Shown: piece by piece, positions 27,642 to 38,872 of the stretch
Layout: the number at the start of each line of letters is the position of its first letter
Position numbering within the stretch: the stretch's first letter is position 1
Assembly: GCA_021845865.1 (NCBI GenBank)
Contig: JAJZVC010000008.1
Coordinates: 1,137-65,136, forward strand
Length of the DNA stretch: 64,000 nt
Origin: Pseudomonadota bacterium
GTDB lineage: Bacteria > Pseudomonadota > Gammaproteobacteria > Burkholderiales > UBA9220
Reading direction: 5' to 3'
Program-made: the position numbers and the translations under genes
Notes under the pieces: model-generated
Database searches by the model: none
Told to the model about the DNA's origin: nothing
What the model saw: the letters and a program-made list of their open reading frames with translations, nothing else

Positions 27642-27960
27642 CGTTGGGAAACCCTTTCTGCAATTGTTGGACGATCCACCGGGCCTCGTCCGCGGTGAGG
27701 AAGGCCTTCCACGGCGGCATGGGGGTGCCGGGGCGGCCGTTGAGGATGGTGCTTGCCAGGCTGACGGCATCCTTGCCCGCCAGGGCCTCCGGCAGCAGGG
27801 CGGGGCCGAGGCCGCCTTTGAGGGTAAGGCCGTGGCAGGAGCCGCAGTCCTCCCGCACCATGTGGACCAGCGCCTTCTGCCGTTCAGCGGAAGGGGGCTC
27901 GCCGGCCGCGGCCGATAGGGCCAGGGGCGCCAACAGGAGGACAAACAGGGGTTTTCTCAT
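27631..27960 (-). CDS. nirC: cytochrome c55X NirC
   Basis: The 109-aa product has a signal peptide and the CGSCHG heme-c motif. It lies directly downstream of nirS. Confidence 0.85.
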   Translation of the reverse strand: MRKPLFVLLLAPLALSAAAGEPPSAERQKALVHMVREDCGSCHGLTLKGGLGPALLPEALAGKDAVSLASTILNGRPGTPMPPWKAFLTADEARWIVQQLQKGFPNDAR

Positions 27961-27995
27961 GGTTTTCGCCGGGCCACTCCGGGAATGTCACGGCG

Positions 27996-28028
27996 AAAAA
28001 CCCCGCGGAGGAGCCTTCGCTCCCCCGC
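27996..28028 (-). terminator. terminator/attenuator-like hairpin after nirS
   Basis: The minus strand reads GCGGGGGAGC-GAAG-GCTCCTCCGC (10-bp stem with one G.U), then GGGGTTTTT. It begins 11 nt after the nirS stop. Confidence 0.5.
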
Positions 28029-28038
28029 AGGTCCGGCA

Positions 28039-29814
<1,776 letters not shown>

Positions 29815-29870
29815 TCAAACTGAACACCGCTGCTGTGCATCCAGTCTACAAACAGCCCTCGATTTTTCTC

Positions 29871-29884
29871 TTGATGTGCATCAA
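29871..29884. promoter_or_regulatory. FNR/DNR box TTGATGTGCATCAA (nirS side)
   Basis: A perfect TTGAT-N4-ATCAA palindrome. On the minus strand TAGACT (29843-29848) sits at the class-II -10 position. Confidence 0.8.
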
Positions 29885-29950
29885 GTATTTGCCCTCGGCC
29901 TGCCTAAGGGGACTTCCCCATAATAGTCGACTATTACGCTTTGTGAATTG

Positions 29951-29964
29951 TTGATTTGAATCAA
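29951..29964. promoter_or_regulatory. FNR/DNR box TTGATTTGAATCAA (norC side)
   Basis: A perfect palindrome. TAAATT at 29987-29992 is at class-II spacing, and the norC ATG is at 30061. Confidence 0.8.
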
Positions 29965-30060
29965 GGCCCCATCCCCCCCCCTCCTCTAAATTGCGGCCAT
30001 ACCCGTAAAAATATTCGGGCATGGGACATCCGACAACTGCGAATGGGAGGGAAACAAGCG

Positions 30061-30486
30061 ATGAGCGAAACGTTCACCAAATCCATGGCGCGGAACATTT
30101 TCTACGGAGGAGCTATGTTCTTCTTCCTCCTGTTCCTCGCCCTGACCTTCGATACCCAGGGCGTTTTGCCCAAGCGGGATCACCGGGAGAACATCACCGA
30201 CGCGGTGGTGCGCGGCAAACACATCTGGGAGCGCAACGACTGCATCGGCTGCCATACCCTGCTGGGCGAGGGCGCCTACTTCGCTCCCGAGCTGGGCAAC
30301 GTCTACAAGCGCCGCGGCCCCGATTTCATCAAGGCCTGGATCAAGGGCCAGCCCACCGGCGTGCCGGGCCGCCGCCAGATGCCCCAGTTCCACCTGACCG
30401 ACCAGGAGCTGGACGACCTGGTGGCCTTCTTCAAGTGGACTTCGGAGATCAACACCTCCAACTGGCCGCCCAACATCGAAGGGTAA
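30061..30486 (+). CDS. norC: nitric oxide reductase cytochrome c subunit
   Basis: Starts MSETFTKSMARNIFYGG with a membrane anchor, and carries the heme-c motif CIGCH. GGGAGGG lies upstream. The track ORF begins earlier at 29956. Confidence 0.93.
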   Translation: MSETFTKSMARNIFYGGAMFFFLLFLALTFDTQGVLPKRDHRENITDAVVRGKHIWERNDCIGCHTLLGEGAYFAPELGNVYKRRGPDFIKAWIKGQPTGVPGRRQMPQFHLTDQELDDLVAFFKWTSEINTSNWPPNIEG

Positions 30487-30552
30487 GCGTGAGAAGTGAG
30501 GCGTGAGGGGTGAGGAACCCCGACCCCGCCGGTTCACCTTGAAATGCGCTAA

Positions 30553-31947
<1,395 letters not shown>

Positions 31948-31958
31948 ACCCCACTCAC

Positions 31959-31986
31959 GGGGGGCCCGCGGGCCCCCCATTTTTTT
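31959..31986 (+). terminator. strong intrinsic terminator between norB and norE
   Basis: GGGGGGCC-CGCG-GGCCCCCC is a perfect 8-bp GC stem, followed by ATTTTTTT. It ends 8 nt before the norE ATG. Confidence 0.75.
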
Positions 31987-31994
31987 CTCCAACC

Positions 31995-32576
31995 ATGTCC
32001 GACACTCAAACCCTGGCCCTCCCCCGCAACCCGCCGGGAGATTTGGCCATCTGGTTTTTCATCTTCGCCGAGCTATTGGCCTTCGGCATCTTCTTCCTCG
32101 CCTATGCCTTCGCCCGGGCGAAAAACGTGGAGCTGTTCAATCAGTCCCAGCTCCTCCTCAACCGGGAATCGGGCATGGTCAACACCCTGGTGCTCATCAC
32201 CAGCAGCTACTTCGTGGTCCGCGCCGTCGCCGCCATCCGCGAGGGGTTCTCTCAAGTCTGCGCCCGCTGGCTGCTGGGCGCCATCGGCCTGGGCGGCGTG
32301 TTCGTCGCCGTCAAGCTGGCGGAATTCCACGCCAAGTTCGCCGCCGGCATCTCGCTCCACACCAACACCTTCTACATGTTCTATTTGTCCCTCACCATCT
32401 TCCACTTCATGCACGTGCTGATGGGCATGGTGATCCTCGGCTTCGTCGCGGTTAAGGCCCGACGGGGCGGCTACAGCGCGGACAGCCACACCGGCGTGGA
32501 AACCGGCGCCTCCTACTGGCACATGGTGGACCTGGTGTGGCTGATCCTGTTTCCCCTGGTCTACGTCATCCGGTGA
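31995..32576 (+). CDS. norE: cytochrome c oxidase subunit III-like protein NorE
   Basis: A 193-aa, 5-TM protein with LAIWFFIFAELLAFGIFF and WHMVDLVWLILFPLVY, the Cox3 family pattern. Confidence 0.85.
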   Translation: MSDTQTLALPRNPPGDLAIWFFIFAELLAFGIFFLAYAFARAKNVELFNQSQLLLNRESGMVNTLVLITSSYFVVRAVAAIREGFSQVCARWLLGAIGLGGVFVAVKLAEFHAKFAAGISLHTNTFYMFYLSLTIFHFMHVLMGMVILGFVAVKARRGGYSADSHTGVETGASYWHMVDLVWLILFPLVYVIR

Positions 32577-32581
32577 ACGCC

Positions 32582-32839
32582 ATGCGCCCCTGCACCCGAA
32601 TCTGGCTCCTCCTCATCGCCCTCTCCGGCGTCACCTACGGCATCGGCGAAGCCGGCCTGGGCGGCAAGGCGGTGGTAGCCACGCTGCTGGCCATTTCCCT
32701 GGTCAAAAGCCAGCTGGTGGCAGGCTTCTTCATGGGCCTGCGCCGCACCTCGTTCATGTGGCGGGCCATCATGGGGGGCTATCTGGTGGTGGTGTGCGGG
32801 ATGATCGGGGTGGCGTATTGGTTGGGCGCGGTCCGTTAA
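32582..32839 (+). CDS. norF: small membrane protein, NorF-like / prokaryotic Cox4 family
   Basis: An 85-aa product with three hydrophobic segments, directly after norE. The track ORF starts at 32537 and overlaps norE. Confidence 0.6.
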   Translation: MRPCTRIWLLLIALSGVTYGIGEAGLGGKAVVATLLAISLVKSQLVAGFFMGLRRTSFMWRAIMGGYLVVVCGMIGVAYWLGAVR

Positions 32840-32920
32840 ACAGTGCGTAGTTTTACTTACCGCCGGGAGACAGCATTCTTTCCCCCTTGACGGGGGAGGG
32901 AGAAGAACATCAGCGCGGGA

Positions 32921-34744
32921 TTAGCGCGTCAGCTGGGCGTAGAGCGCCGGCAGTTCCCGGGGCAGTTCCGCCGGGTTGCGGATCACCACGTAGCCGCCGA
33001 CGCCGAACAGGTGGGGCAGGTAATCCCCCGCCCGCTCGTCGATGGTGACGCAGAAGGGATGCAGCCCGGCCTTGCGGGCTTCCAGCAGCGCCATGCGGGT
33101 GTCCTCCAGGCCGTAGCGGCCCTCGTAGTGATCCAGGTCGTTGGGCTTGCCGTCGGTCAAAATCAGCAGCAGCCTTCTCCCCGCCGGCTGCTTGGCGAGG
33201 ATAGTGGAGGCGTGGCGCACCGCCGCCCCCATGCGGGTGTAGTAGCCGGGCTTGGCCGCCGCGATGCGGCCCCGCACCTCGGCGCCGTAGCGCTCGCCGA
33301 ACTCCTTGATGGCGTGGAAACGCACCTGGTGGCGCTTGAGGGAGGAAAAGCCGTAGAGGCCGAAGCGGTCGCCGGTGGCGGAGAGGGCTTCGGAGAACAG
33401 GAACAGGCTGTCGCGGATGACGTCGATCACCCGCTGGTGGTCGCTGATGTGGGCGTCGGTGGAGAGGGACAGGTCCGCCAGCAGCAGGCAGGCCAGGTCC
33501 CGGTCCTGGGCCCGGTGGTCCCGGTACAGGCCCCGCTCGGCGGCCAGGACGCCGGAGGCCCGCTCGGCCAGGAGGCGCACGCAGGCATCCAGGTCCGGCT
33601 CGGTGCCGTCGAACTGGCCCCGCATCCACACCCGCGCCGGCGCCAGGGCCTGGAACTGGCTGCGCAGGCGCTTGGCGGTTTTTTTCAGCTCCTGGGGCAG
33701 GTCGCAGGGCGTGGCCTGGCGCGCCACCATGGGCTGCACCCGGCAATGGCCGGGCTGCATCGCCTGCTTCTTGTAGTGCCACTCGGGGAGAAGAATGCCC
33801 TCTCCCAGGGGCAGGTCGTCCACGGCGGCGGAGGGCAGGTCCAGGTCGAAGCGCACGCTGGAGGCGGTGGTCTGGCCGTCCTGGGCCACGGCCATCACGT
33901 CCAGGTCGTCGGCGGCCCGTTCCGCCCCCTCGCCGTCGTCCTCCTCGGTGGCCCGGTTGACCTTCACGTATTCGGCCCAGGACAACACGCTCTCGGCGCG
34001 GAAGAACAGCATGAAGGGGTTCTTGTTTTCCGGCATCTCCGCCCGCTCGGCGCGGCGGCGCTTGCCGTCGCCCTTGCGGCGTGAACCTCCGCCCTCGCCG
34101 CCGCCTTTTGCCTGGCCCGCCGCTTGACCCAGCGCCACCGGTGGCTGGGGATGGAGCCACAGGGGCACCGGCCAGGGGGGCCGGGTGGCGGAAGGCAGCT
34201 CGGCCACCGAGCCCGGCTCCCGCAGGGCGGCGCGAATGGCCTCTTCCCGAGCCATCTCGTCGAACGGCAGGGCGCGCGGCGACGGCCTGAGGCCGATCGC
34301 CGGCTCCACCAGCCGACGGTAGCAGGCCGCCATGCCGGGGAAGCGCTCGAACACCGCCAGGGCAGCCTCCTGGCTGGCGCGGAACCAGTCGGGCTCTTCC
34401 GTTTCCGCCGCCGCCAGGGCGATGAGCCACAGGTAGAGGTCCCGGTTCAGGCTCCGCTCGGGGAACAGGTCGATGGCCTCGGGCAGGGCCAGCGCCTGCT
34501 CGTCCCGCCACGCCAGCTCGGCCCGCTCGCCGCTGCCGGCGATGCGGGCGAGGAGGCCGCGCCGGGCGCCGTGGCCCAGGGCGGCGGCGGGCTTCACGTC
34601 CAGGCCGCCATCGCCGCCGAGGGCGCGGAACAGGATGCCGGCGGTGCGCCCCATTTCCGCCAGCCGCACCGCCGCCCTGGGGTGGCGGCGGTCGGCGGCG
34701 CGGGTGATGAGGCGGTGCCACAGGACGCCGGCGTGCTCTTCCAT
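32921..34744 (-). CDS. norD: NorD (VWA-domain nitric oxide reductase activation protein)
   Basis: The 607-aa product has a C-terminal VWA with MIDAS-like LLADLSLSTDA. The N-terminus MEEHAGVLWHRLITRAA...DLYLWLIALAA is as in NorD. Confidence 0.9.
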   Translation of the reverse strand: MEEHAGVLWHRLITRAADRRHPRAAVRLAEMGRTAGILFRALGGDGGLDVKPAAALGHGARRGLLARIAGSGERAELAWRDEQALALPEAIDLFPERSLNRDLYLWLIALAAAETEEPDWFRASQEAALAVFERFPGMAACYRRLVEPAIGLRPSPRALPFDEMAREEAIRAALREPGSVAELPSATRPPWPVPLWLHPQPPVALGQAAGQAKGGGEGGGSRRKGDGKRRRAERAEMPENKNPFMLFFRAESVLSWAEYVKVNRATEEDDGEGAERAADDLDVMAVAQDGQTTASSVRFDLDLPSAAVDDLPLGEGILLPEWHYKKQAMQPGHCRVQPMVARQATPCDLPQELKKTAKRLRSQFQALAPARVWMRGQFDGTEPDLDACVRLLAERASGVLAAERGLYRDHRAQDRDLACLLLADLSLSTDAHISDHQRVIDVIRDSLFLFSEALSATGDRFGLYGFSSLKRHQVRFHAIKEFGERYGAEVRGRIAAAKPGYYTRMGAAVRHASTILAKQPAGRRLLLILTDGKPNDLDHYEGRYGLEDTRMALLEARKAGLHPFCVTIDERAGDYLPHLFGVGGYVVIRNPAELPRELPALYAQLTR

Positions 34745-34748
34745 GGCC

Positions 34749-35714
34749 TCAGTTCTCCTTGCCGCGATAGCAGTGGCCGGGAATGTCCACCCGGTGGCCG
34801 AAATCCCGCGCCGACTTGTCCAGGGCGCATTCGTTGCTCACCCACTTCAACAGGGTGCCCTCGGAATTGGCGATCTGCACCTGGGAACAGGCCTCGGCGC
34901 AGCGGTTGCACTGGGTGCAGGTGAACATGTGGCGCTTGATGGCGCGGGGCTTGAGGCGCATGGGGCAGACGTTGTCGCAGGCGGCGTCGCAGCTGGCGCA
35001 AGCCTCGGCCCGGCGGCGGTCGAAGCCGATCACCAGGGCCTTGCGGTTGCCCATCCAGGCCAGGCTCTGGAACAGGCCGATGGCGCAGCCGAAGCGGCAG
35101 AACAGGTGGCGGGCGAAGAGGAATTCGACGAAGAAGGCCACGGTGGCGGCGGTGATGAATACCGCCTGGTTGCGGGTCAAAGTGCCGCGCCACAGGTTGC
35201 CGTAGATTTCCGCCGGGGGCAGCAGGTAGGTGAGCAGCACCACCGCCCATACGAAGGCGAAGGCCAGGCTCATGCCCACCACCAGGGGCCAGTAGGCGGG
35301 GTTGGCCTTCGTCTCGCTGCCGTCCGGGTTGCGCTCCGGCAAGCGGTGCCGGTCCCAGACGCTCTGCTTGGCCGTGGCGCGGCGCAGCAGGTTGTTGAGG
35401 GTTTCCACCACCGAGAAGTGGGGGCACAGCCAGCCGCAGTAAAGGCGGCCGTATTTCCACGACACCCACACCCCGCCGCCGACGATCAGGGCGATGGGCA
35501 GCATGCCCCGCAGCAGCAGGTTCAGGGTCACCTGGGCGACGCCGGCCTTGCCGGCGACGAAATCGTCCACCCCCAGGGTCCAATCCATGCCGAAGAAGAT
35601 CAGGTGCTTGAGGTTGAGGTCGATGCGGAACAGGTCGAACACCGGCGCCAGGGCGAAGAGAATGAAGAAAGCGGCCTGGGTCAGCAGGCGGTAGCGCTGG
35701 ATGGAGCTAGCCAT
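34749..35714 (-). CDS. membrane polyferredoxin of the NapH/CcoG(FixG/RdxA) type
   Basis: The N-terminus YRLLTQAAFFILFALAPVFDLFRIDL..IFFG is CcoG-like. It has CGWLCP and CRFGC motifs plus two cluster motifs, CASCDAACDNVCP and CTQCNRCAEAC. It lies 4 nt from the norD start and overlaps the upstream ORF by 8 nt. Confidence 0.8.
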   Translation of the reverse strand: MASSIQRYRLLTQAAFFILFALAPVFDLFRIDLNLKHLIFFGMDWTLGVDDFVAGKAGVAQVTLNLLLRGMLPIALIVGGGVWVSWKYGRLYCGWLCPHFSVVETLNNLLRRATAKQSVWDRHRLPERNPDGSETKANPAYWPLVVGMSLAFAFVWAVVLLTYLLPPAEIYGNLWRGTLTRNQAVFITAATVAFFVEFLFARHLFCRFGCAIGLFQSLAWMGNRKALVIGFDRRRAEACASCDAACDNVCPMRLKPRAIKRHMFTCTQCNRCAEACSQVQIANSEGTLLKWVSNECALDKSARDFGHRVDIPGHCYRGKEN

Positions 35715-36102
35715 GGCCGGCCCTGCCGATGAAGGGGTAGATATAGGGCTTGCCCGCCAGGGCCTTGGACAAGCCGACCATCCCCAGCAGCACCAGGGTG
35801 GAATGGCAGGTGGTGAAATACAGAATCACCACCACCCAGGTGCCGGGAGCGCGCCAGCCGCCGAGCAGGAGAATGCCGACGTTGGCCGCCAGCAGCAGGC
35901 CTCCCGCCCACAGGCTGGCGAAGAAAGTCTGGCGCAGATGGCTGCGGGCCAGGGGCGGAGCGGCATGCCGCTGGCGCAGGTATAGCCAGGCCAGGCCGAG
36001 GAAAGCCAGCCCCGGCAGAAGCAGGAGGTTGACGAGGTAAAGGACTTCCGCGGCCACCGCCAGGGACTGGCCGGGAGGCGTCTCATCGGCCGAAAGTGGC
36101 AT
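35707..36102 (-). CDS. hypothetical 4-TM membrane protein
   Basis: The 131-aa product has four hydrophobic segments. It overlaps the norQ stop by 20 nt and the polyferredoxin start by 8 nt. I do not recognise the family. Confidence 0.6.
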   Translation of the reverse strand: MPLSADETPPGQSLAVAAEVLYLVNLLLLPGLAFLGLAWLYLRQRHAAPPLARSHLRQTFFASLWAGGLLLAANVGILLLGGWRAPGTWVVVILYFTTCHSTLVLLGMVGLSKALAGKPYIYPFIGRAGHG

Positions 36103-36865
36103 GGACGACCTCCATCAGCGCCGCCACCGTTTCCGGGTCGTCGGACAGGGGTTCCACCACGGCGGCGCGGCAGGCCTCCACCGGGTCGAGGCCGCTGCGG
36201 ATGAGGGTGGCGGCGTAAACCAGGAGACGGGTGCTGGCGGCCTCCTCCAGGTCGTGCTCCTTCAGCGCCCGGAAGGACTGGGCCAAGTTCACCAGGCGCC
36301 GCGCCAGCAGGGGGTCGATGCCCGTTTCCCCGGCGAGGATGGATTCCTCCCGGTCCGAGGACGGGAAATCGAAGCTCGCGCTGACGAAGCGCTGGCGGGT
36401 ACTGGGCTTCATGCCCTTGAGGAAATTCTGGTAGCCCGGGTTGTAGCTCACCACCAGCATGAATTCCGGCGGCGCCTGGAGGACCTCCCCCGTCCGCTCG
36501 ATGGGCAGGATGCGCCGGTCGTCGGAGAGGGGGTGCAGCACCACGGTGGTGTCCTTGCGCGCCTCCACCACCTCGTCCAGGTAGCAGATGCCCCCTTCCC
36601 GCACCGCCCGGGTCAAAGGGCCGTCGCTCCAGTAGGTGACGCCGTCGCCGATCAGGTGCCGCCCCACCAGGTCGGCGGCGGTGAGGTCATCGTGGCAGGC
36701 CACGGTGTATAGGGGCCGCCCCAGGCGCGCCGCCATGTGGGCGACGAAGCGGGTCTTGCCGCAGCCGGTGGGCCCCTTGATCAGCAGGGGCAGGCCGTTC
36801 TTCCAGGCGTGCTCGAACAGGGCGACTTCGTTGCCGTGGGGCTGGTAGAAGGGCAGATTGGACAT
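36083..36865 (-). CDS. norQ: NorQ/CbbQ-type MoxR AAA+ ATPase
   Basis: MSNLPFYQPHGNEVALFEHAWKNGLPLLIKGPTGCGKT contains the Walker A motif, and ICYLDEV is the Walker B. ATG at 36865; the track ORF starts at 36895. Confidence 0.92.
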   Translation of the reverse strand: MSNLPFYQPHGNEVALFEHAWKNGLPLLIKGPTGCGKTRFVAHMAARLGRPLYTVACHDDLTAADLVGRHLIGDGVTYWSDGPLTRAVREGGICYLDEVVEARKDTTVVLHPLSDDRRILPIERTGEVLQAPPEFMLVVSYNPGYQNFLKGMKPSTRQRFVSASFDFPSSDREESILAGETGIDPLLARRLVNLAQSFRALKEHDLEEAASTRLLVYAATLIRSGLDPVEACRAAVVEPLSDDPETVAALMEVVHATFGR

Positions 36866-36922
36866 GAACGCGACTCCGTCTTCCGATGAGACCAAGAATA
36901 AGGCGGCCTACAGGGAAGGGCT

Positions 36923-36936
36923 TTGACTTCCGTCAA
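36923..36936. promoter_or_regulatory. DNR/NnrR-like box TTGACTTCCGTCAA upstream of norQ
   Basis: A perfect TTGAC-N4-GTCAA palindrome. On the minus strand TATTCT (36895-36900) is at the class-II -10 position, 64 bp upstream of the norQ ATG. Confidence 0.65.
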
Positions 36937-37053
36937 GGCTTCGGGATTTTGCCCTCTCCGCGCCCCACTCCGGCGGCGGCGATTTGACCTGGATTAAGGC
37001 GCCGTTGCGCGGCGGCGGCTAACATGGCCGTATCGTTTCCCGTGAGGTGCGCC

Positions 37054-37665
37054 ATGCAGTTGCCCGAATTCTTCGACGCCGTCCCGCCCCTGGTGCTGCG
37101 GGACCCCCTCGCCGCCTTTCTCGGCGCGGCGGAGGACGGCCTGATCGAGTACCGCTACGCCGACGCCGTCAAACTGGCCGGCCACTCCTGCCCCACGGTG
37201 GCCGGGGCCTGGCTCATGACCCGCTGCGCCCTCGCCGCCCTCTACAGCGATGCCGTGCCGGAGCGCGGCGAAATAAAAGTAGAATTCCGCGACCCCCAGG
37301 ACAGCGGCGTCACAGGCGTCATCGCCAACGTGGCCGGCCTGCTCACCGGCGCCGCCGGCGACGGCGGCTTCAAGGGTCTGGGCGGCCGCTTCAACCGCCG
37401 CGGATTGATGGCCTTCGGCGTGCCCATGGAAGGGGAAATCCGCTTCACCCGCGTGGACACCGCCGCGGCCGTGGAAACGGCCTACCGTCCGCAGCTCGTT
37501 CCGCCCCAACCTGAAACGGGAATGCTGCTGCAGAAAATCCAGGCCGGCAGTGCCAGCGCCGAAGAGCGGCGGACCTTCGGCCGCCTGTGGCAGGAGCGGG
37601 TCAAGCACCTGCTTCTCGGCCAGGCCGGCACGCCGGAGTGGGTGACGGTGAGCCGCAAATCATGA
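37054..37665 (+). CDS. FmdE-like domain protein (tentative)
   Basis: KLAGHSCPTVAGAWLM resembles the GHxCPG core of the FmdE family. GAGG lies 7 nt before ATG 37054. A degenerate box TTGACCTGGATTAA (36984-36997) with TAACAT at 37020-37025 sits upstream. Confidence 0.5.
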   Translation: MQLPEFFDAVPPLVLRDPLAAFLGAAEDGLIEYRYADAVKLAGHSCPTVAGAWLMTRCALAALYSDAVPERGEIKVEFRDPQDSGVTGVIANVAGLLTGAAGDGGFKGLGGRFNRRGLMAFGVPMEGEIRFTRVDTAAAVETAYRPQLVPPQPETGMLLQKIQAGSASAEERRTFGRLWQERVKHLLLGQAGTPEWVTVSRKS

Positions 37666-38213
37666 GCGGCGAGGGCATCCGCCTCGGCCTGACGGAAGAA
37701 AGCGCCGCCGAGCACTGCCGCGACATCCGGCGGCGCGCCCCCGGCAGCGCCCACGCCCTGGCGGCCCTCACCGCCTTGCACGATTTCGTGGCGGAAGCCG
37801 CCGTGTCCGCGGACCGCTTCTCCCCCGCGCACCGCGCCGTCCTCGCCGTCATCCACCGCCACGCCGAGGAAACCCGCGCCGCCCTGCTGGCGGAAAGCGC
37901 CGAGGCGCTCGCCGCCGCGCTCCGGGGCCAGGACCGCCCGGCCCTGGCAAGGCTGCACCGGACCCTGTCCCGCAACGGTTTCTGGCAAGCCGCAACGGCA
38001 GCGGGAGAGGGCTTGGCAGCCGCCGAACTGGCCGCCGCCACGGACTGGGCGGAAGCATGGCTGAAGGAAGCGAAACGGCGGGGGGAAGCCGCCAGCGGCT
38101 ACCCCGACGCCCTGGACTTCGCCGGGGCGGGAATCCCGCCGGAGGAATACGCCGCCCTGCAGGATGCGGCCCACTGCCTGAGGGGGATTCTGGCAACTTC
38201 GGAAATGCTTTGA
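37662..38213 (+). CDS. hypothetical Ala-rich helical protein
   Basis: The ATG overlaps the upstream stop (ATGA). The 183-aa product has no recognisable motif. Confidence 0.5.
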   Translation: MSGEGIRLGLTEESAAEHCRDIRRRAPGSAHALAALTALHDFVAEAAVSADRFSPAHRAVLAVIHRHAEETRAALLAESAEALAAALRGQDRPALARLHRTLSRNGFWQAATAAGEGLAAAELAAATDWAEAWLKEAKRRGEAASGYPDALDFAGAGIPPEEYAALQDAAHCLRGILATSEML

Positions 38214-38233
38214 GGCTAACCGATGAGCGGCAA

Positions 38234-38253
38234 GGGAAAGCGTGGTCTGTCCC
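38234..38253 (-). repeat. repeat copy 1 (GGGACAGACCACGCTTTCCC on the minus strand)
   Basis: Matches the 21-mer consensus with one substitution and one missing G. It is preceded on the minus strand by the A-rich GAAAAATAA. Confidence 0.9.
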
Positions 38254-38299
38254 TTATTTTTCTCTTCGCTTCCCTGCTACAGGGAAGTAGGCCCTATTG

Positions 38300-38800
38300 T
38301 CAGGGAAGAAACATCATTCTCGTAAATGCGATGCTAAGCAGTAGCGCCGCAATAACCAGCAAGAAGGCGGCCCCCTTGAGAAACGAGTGTGCCCGTAAGA
38401 ATTTATCGGTTCTGATGGATATATTTGTTTCCACCTCGGATTGAGTGGACGCATCGTGAAGCAACAAAAGCTTGATGGCCTGCAAATGGTGGAACAAGGC
38501 ACCCGCCGCATAGAACCGTTGCAGAAGGGCTGCCGCAGCTGCCAGCGCAAAAGCGACCACGGACGCCGAGAATAGAGCCCGGACCGGCATGTCCTTCAAG
38601 CTCTGTTGCAATTGGGTCTCGGGAAAGTTGGCGAGCAGGAAGCCCACTACGGCTATGCCGCCTAAGGCGAGTTTCAGAAGCTCGCTGGAAAAAGCCTGCG
38701 AACGGTCGTGAAGCTCCAAGTCTGCCTTGTAGCGGACTTCTGGCACGTCAAGCGCTCCCAGTTGCTGAACGCGTATTTTGGGATTGATTGGTGTAGTCAT
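38300..38800 (-). CDS. hypothetical membrane protein (166 aa, about 3 TM)
   Basis: An ATG-initiated ORF in low-GC DNA, where long random ORFs are unlikely. Hydrophobic segments include LALGGIAVVGFLLANF, ALFSASVVAFALAAAAALL and AAFLLVIAALLLSIAF. There is no clear SD. Confidence 0.6.
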   Translation of the reverse strand: MTTPINPKIRVQQLGALDVPEVRYKADLELHDRSQAFSSELLKLALGGIAVVGFLLANFPETQLQQSLKDMPVRALFSASVVAFALAAAAALLQRFYAAGALFHHLQAIKLLLLHDASTQSEVETNISIRTDKFLRAHSFLKGAAFLLVIAALLLSIAFTRMMFLP

Positions 38801-38809
38801 AGAGAGTTA

Positions 38810-38830
38810 GGGGACAGACCACGGTTTCCC
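38810..38830 (+). repeat. repeat copy 2 (GGGGACAGACCACGGTTTCCC)
   Basis: Identical to copy 4 over 21 nt, and 9 nt upstream of the ORF 38300-38800 start. Confidence 0.95.
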
Positions 38831-38872
38831 TCTTGGGATAAGAGCACCAGTACAAGCAGAGGCGCTTCAAGC

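Noticed and set aside
32881-32896. A CCCCC-TTGAC-GGGGG hairpin between the convergent norF-like gene and norD as a terminator
   Set aside because: The stem is only 5 bp and there is no adjacent T-run on either strand.
32910-34721. A 603-aa minus-strand ORF rich in Arg/Pro/Gly
   Set aside because: It is on the same strand as norD but off-frame. The norD frame (32921..34744) has the VWA/MIDAS motif.
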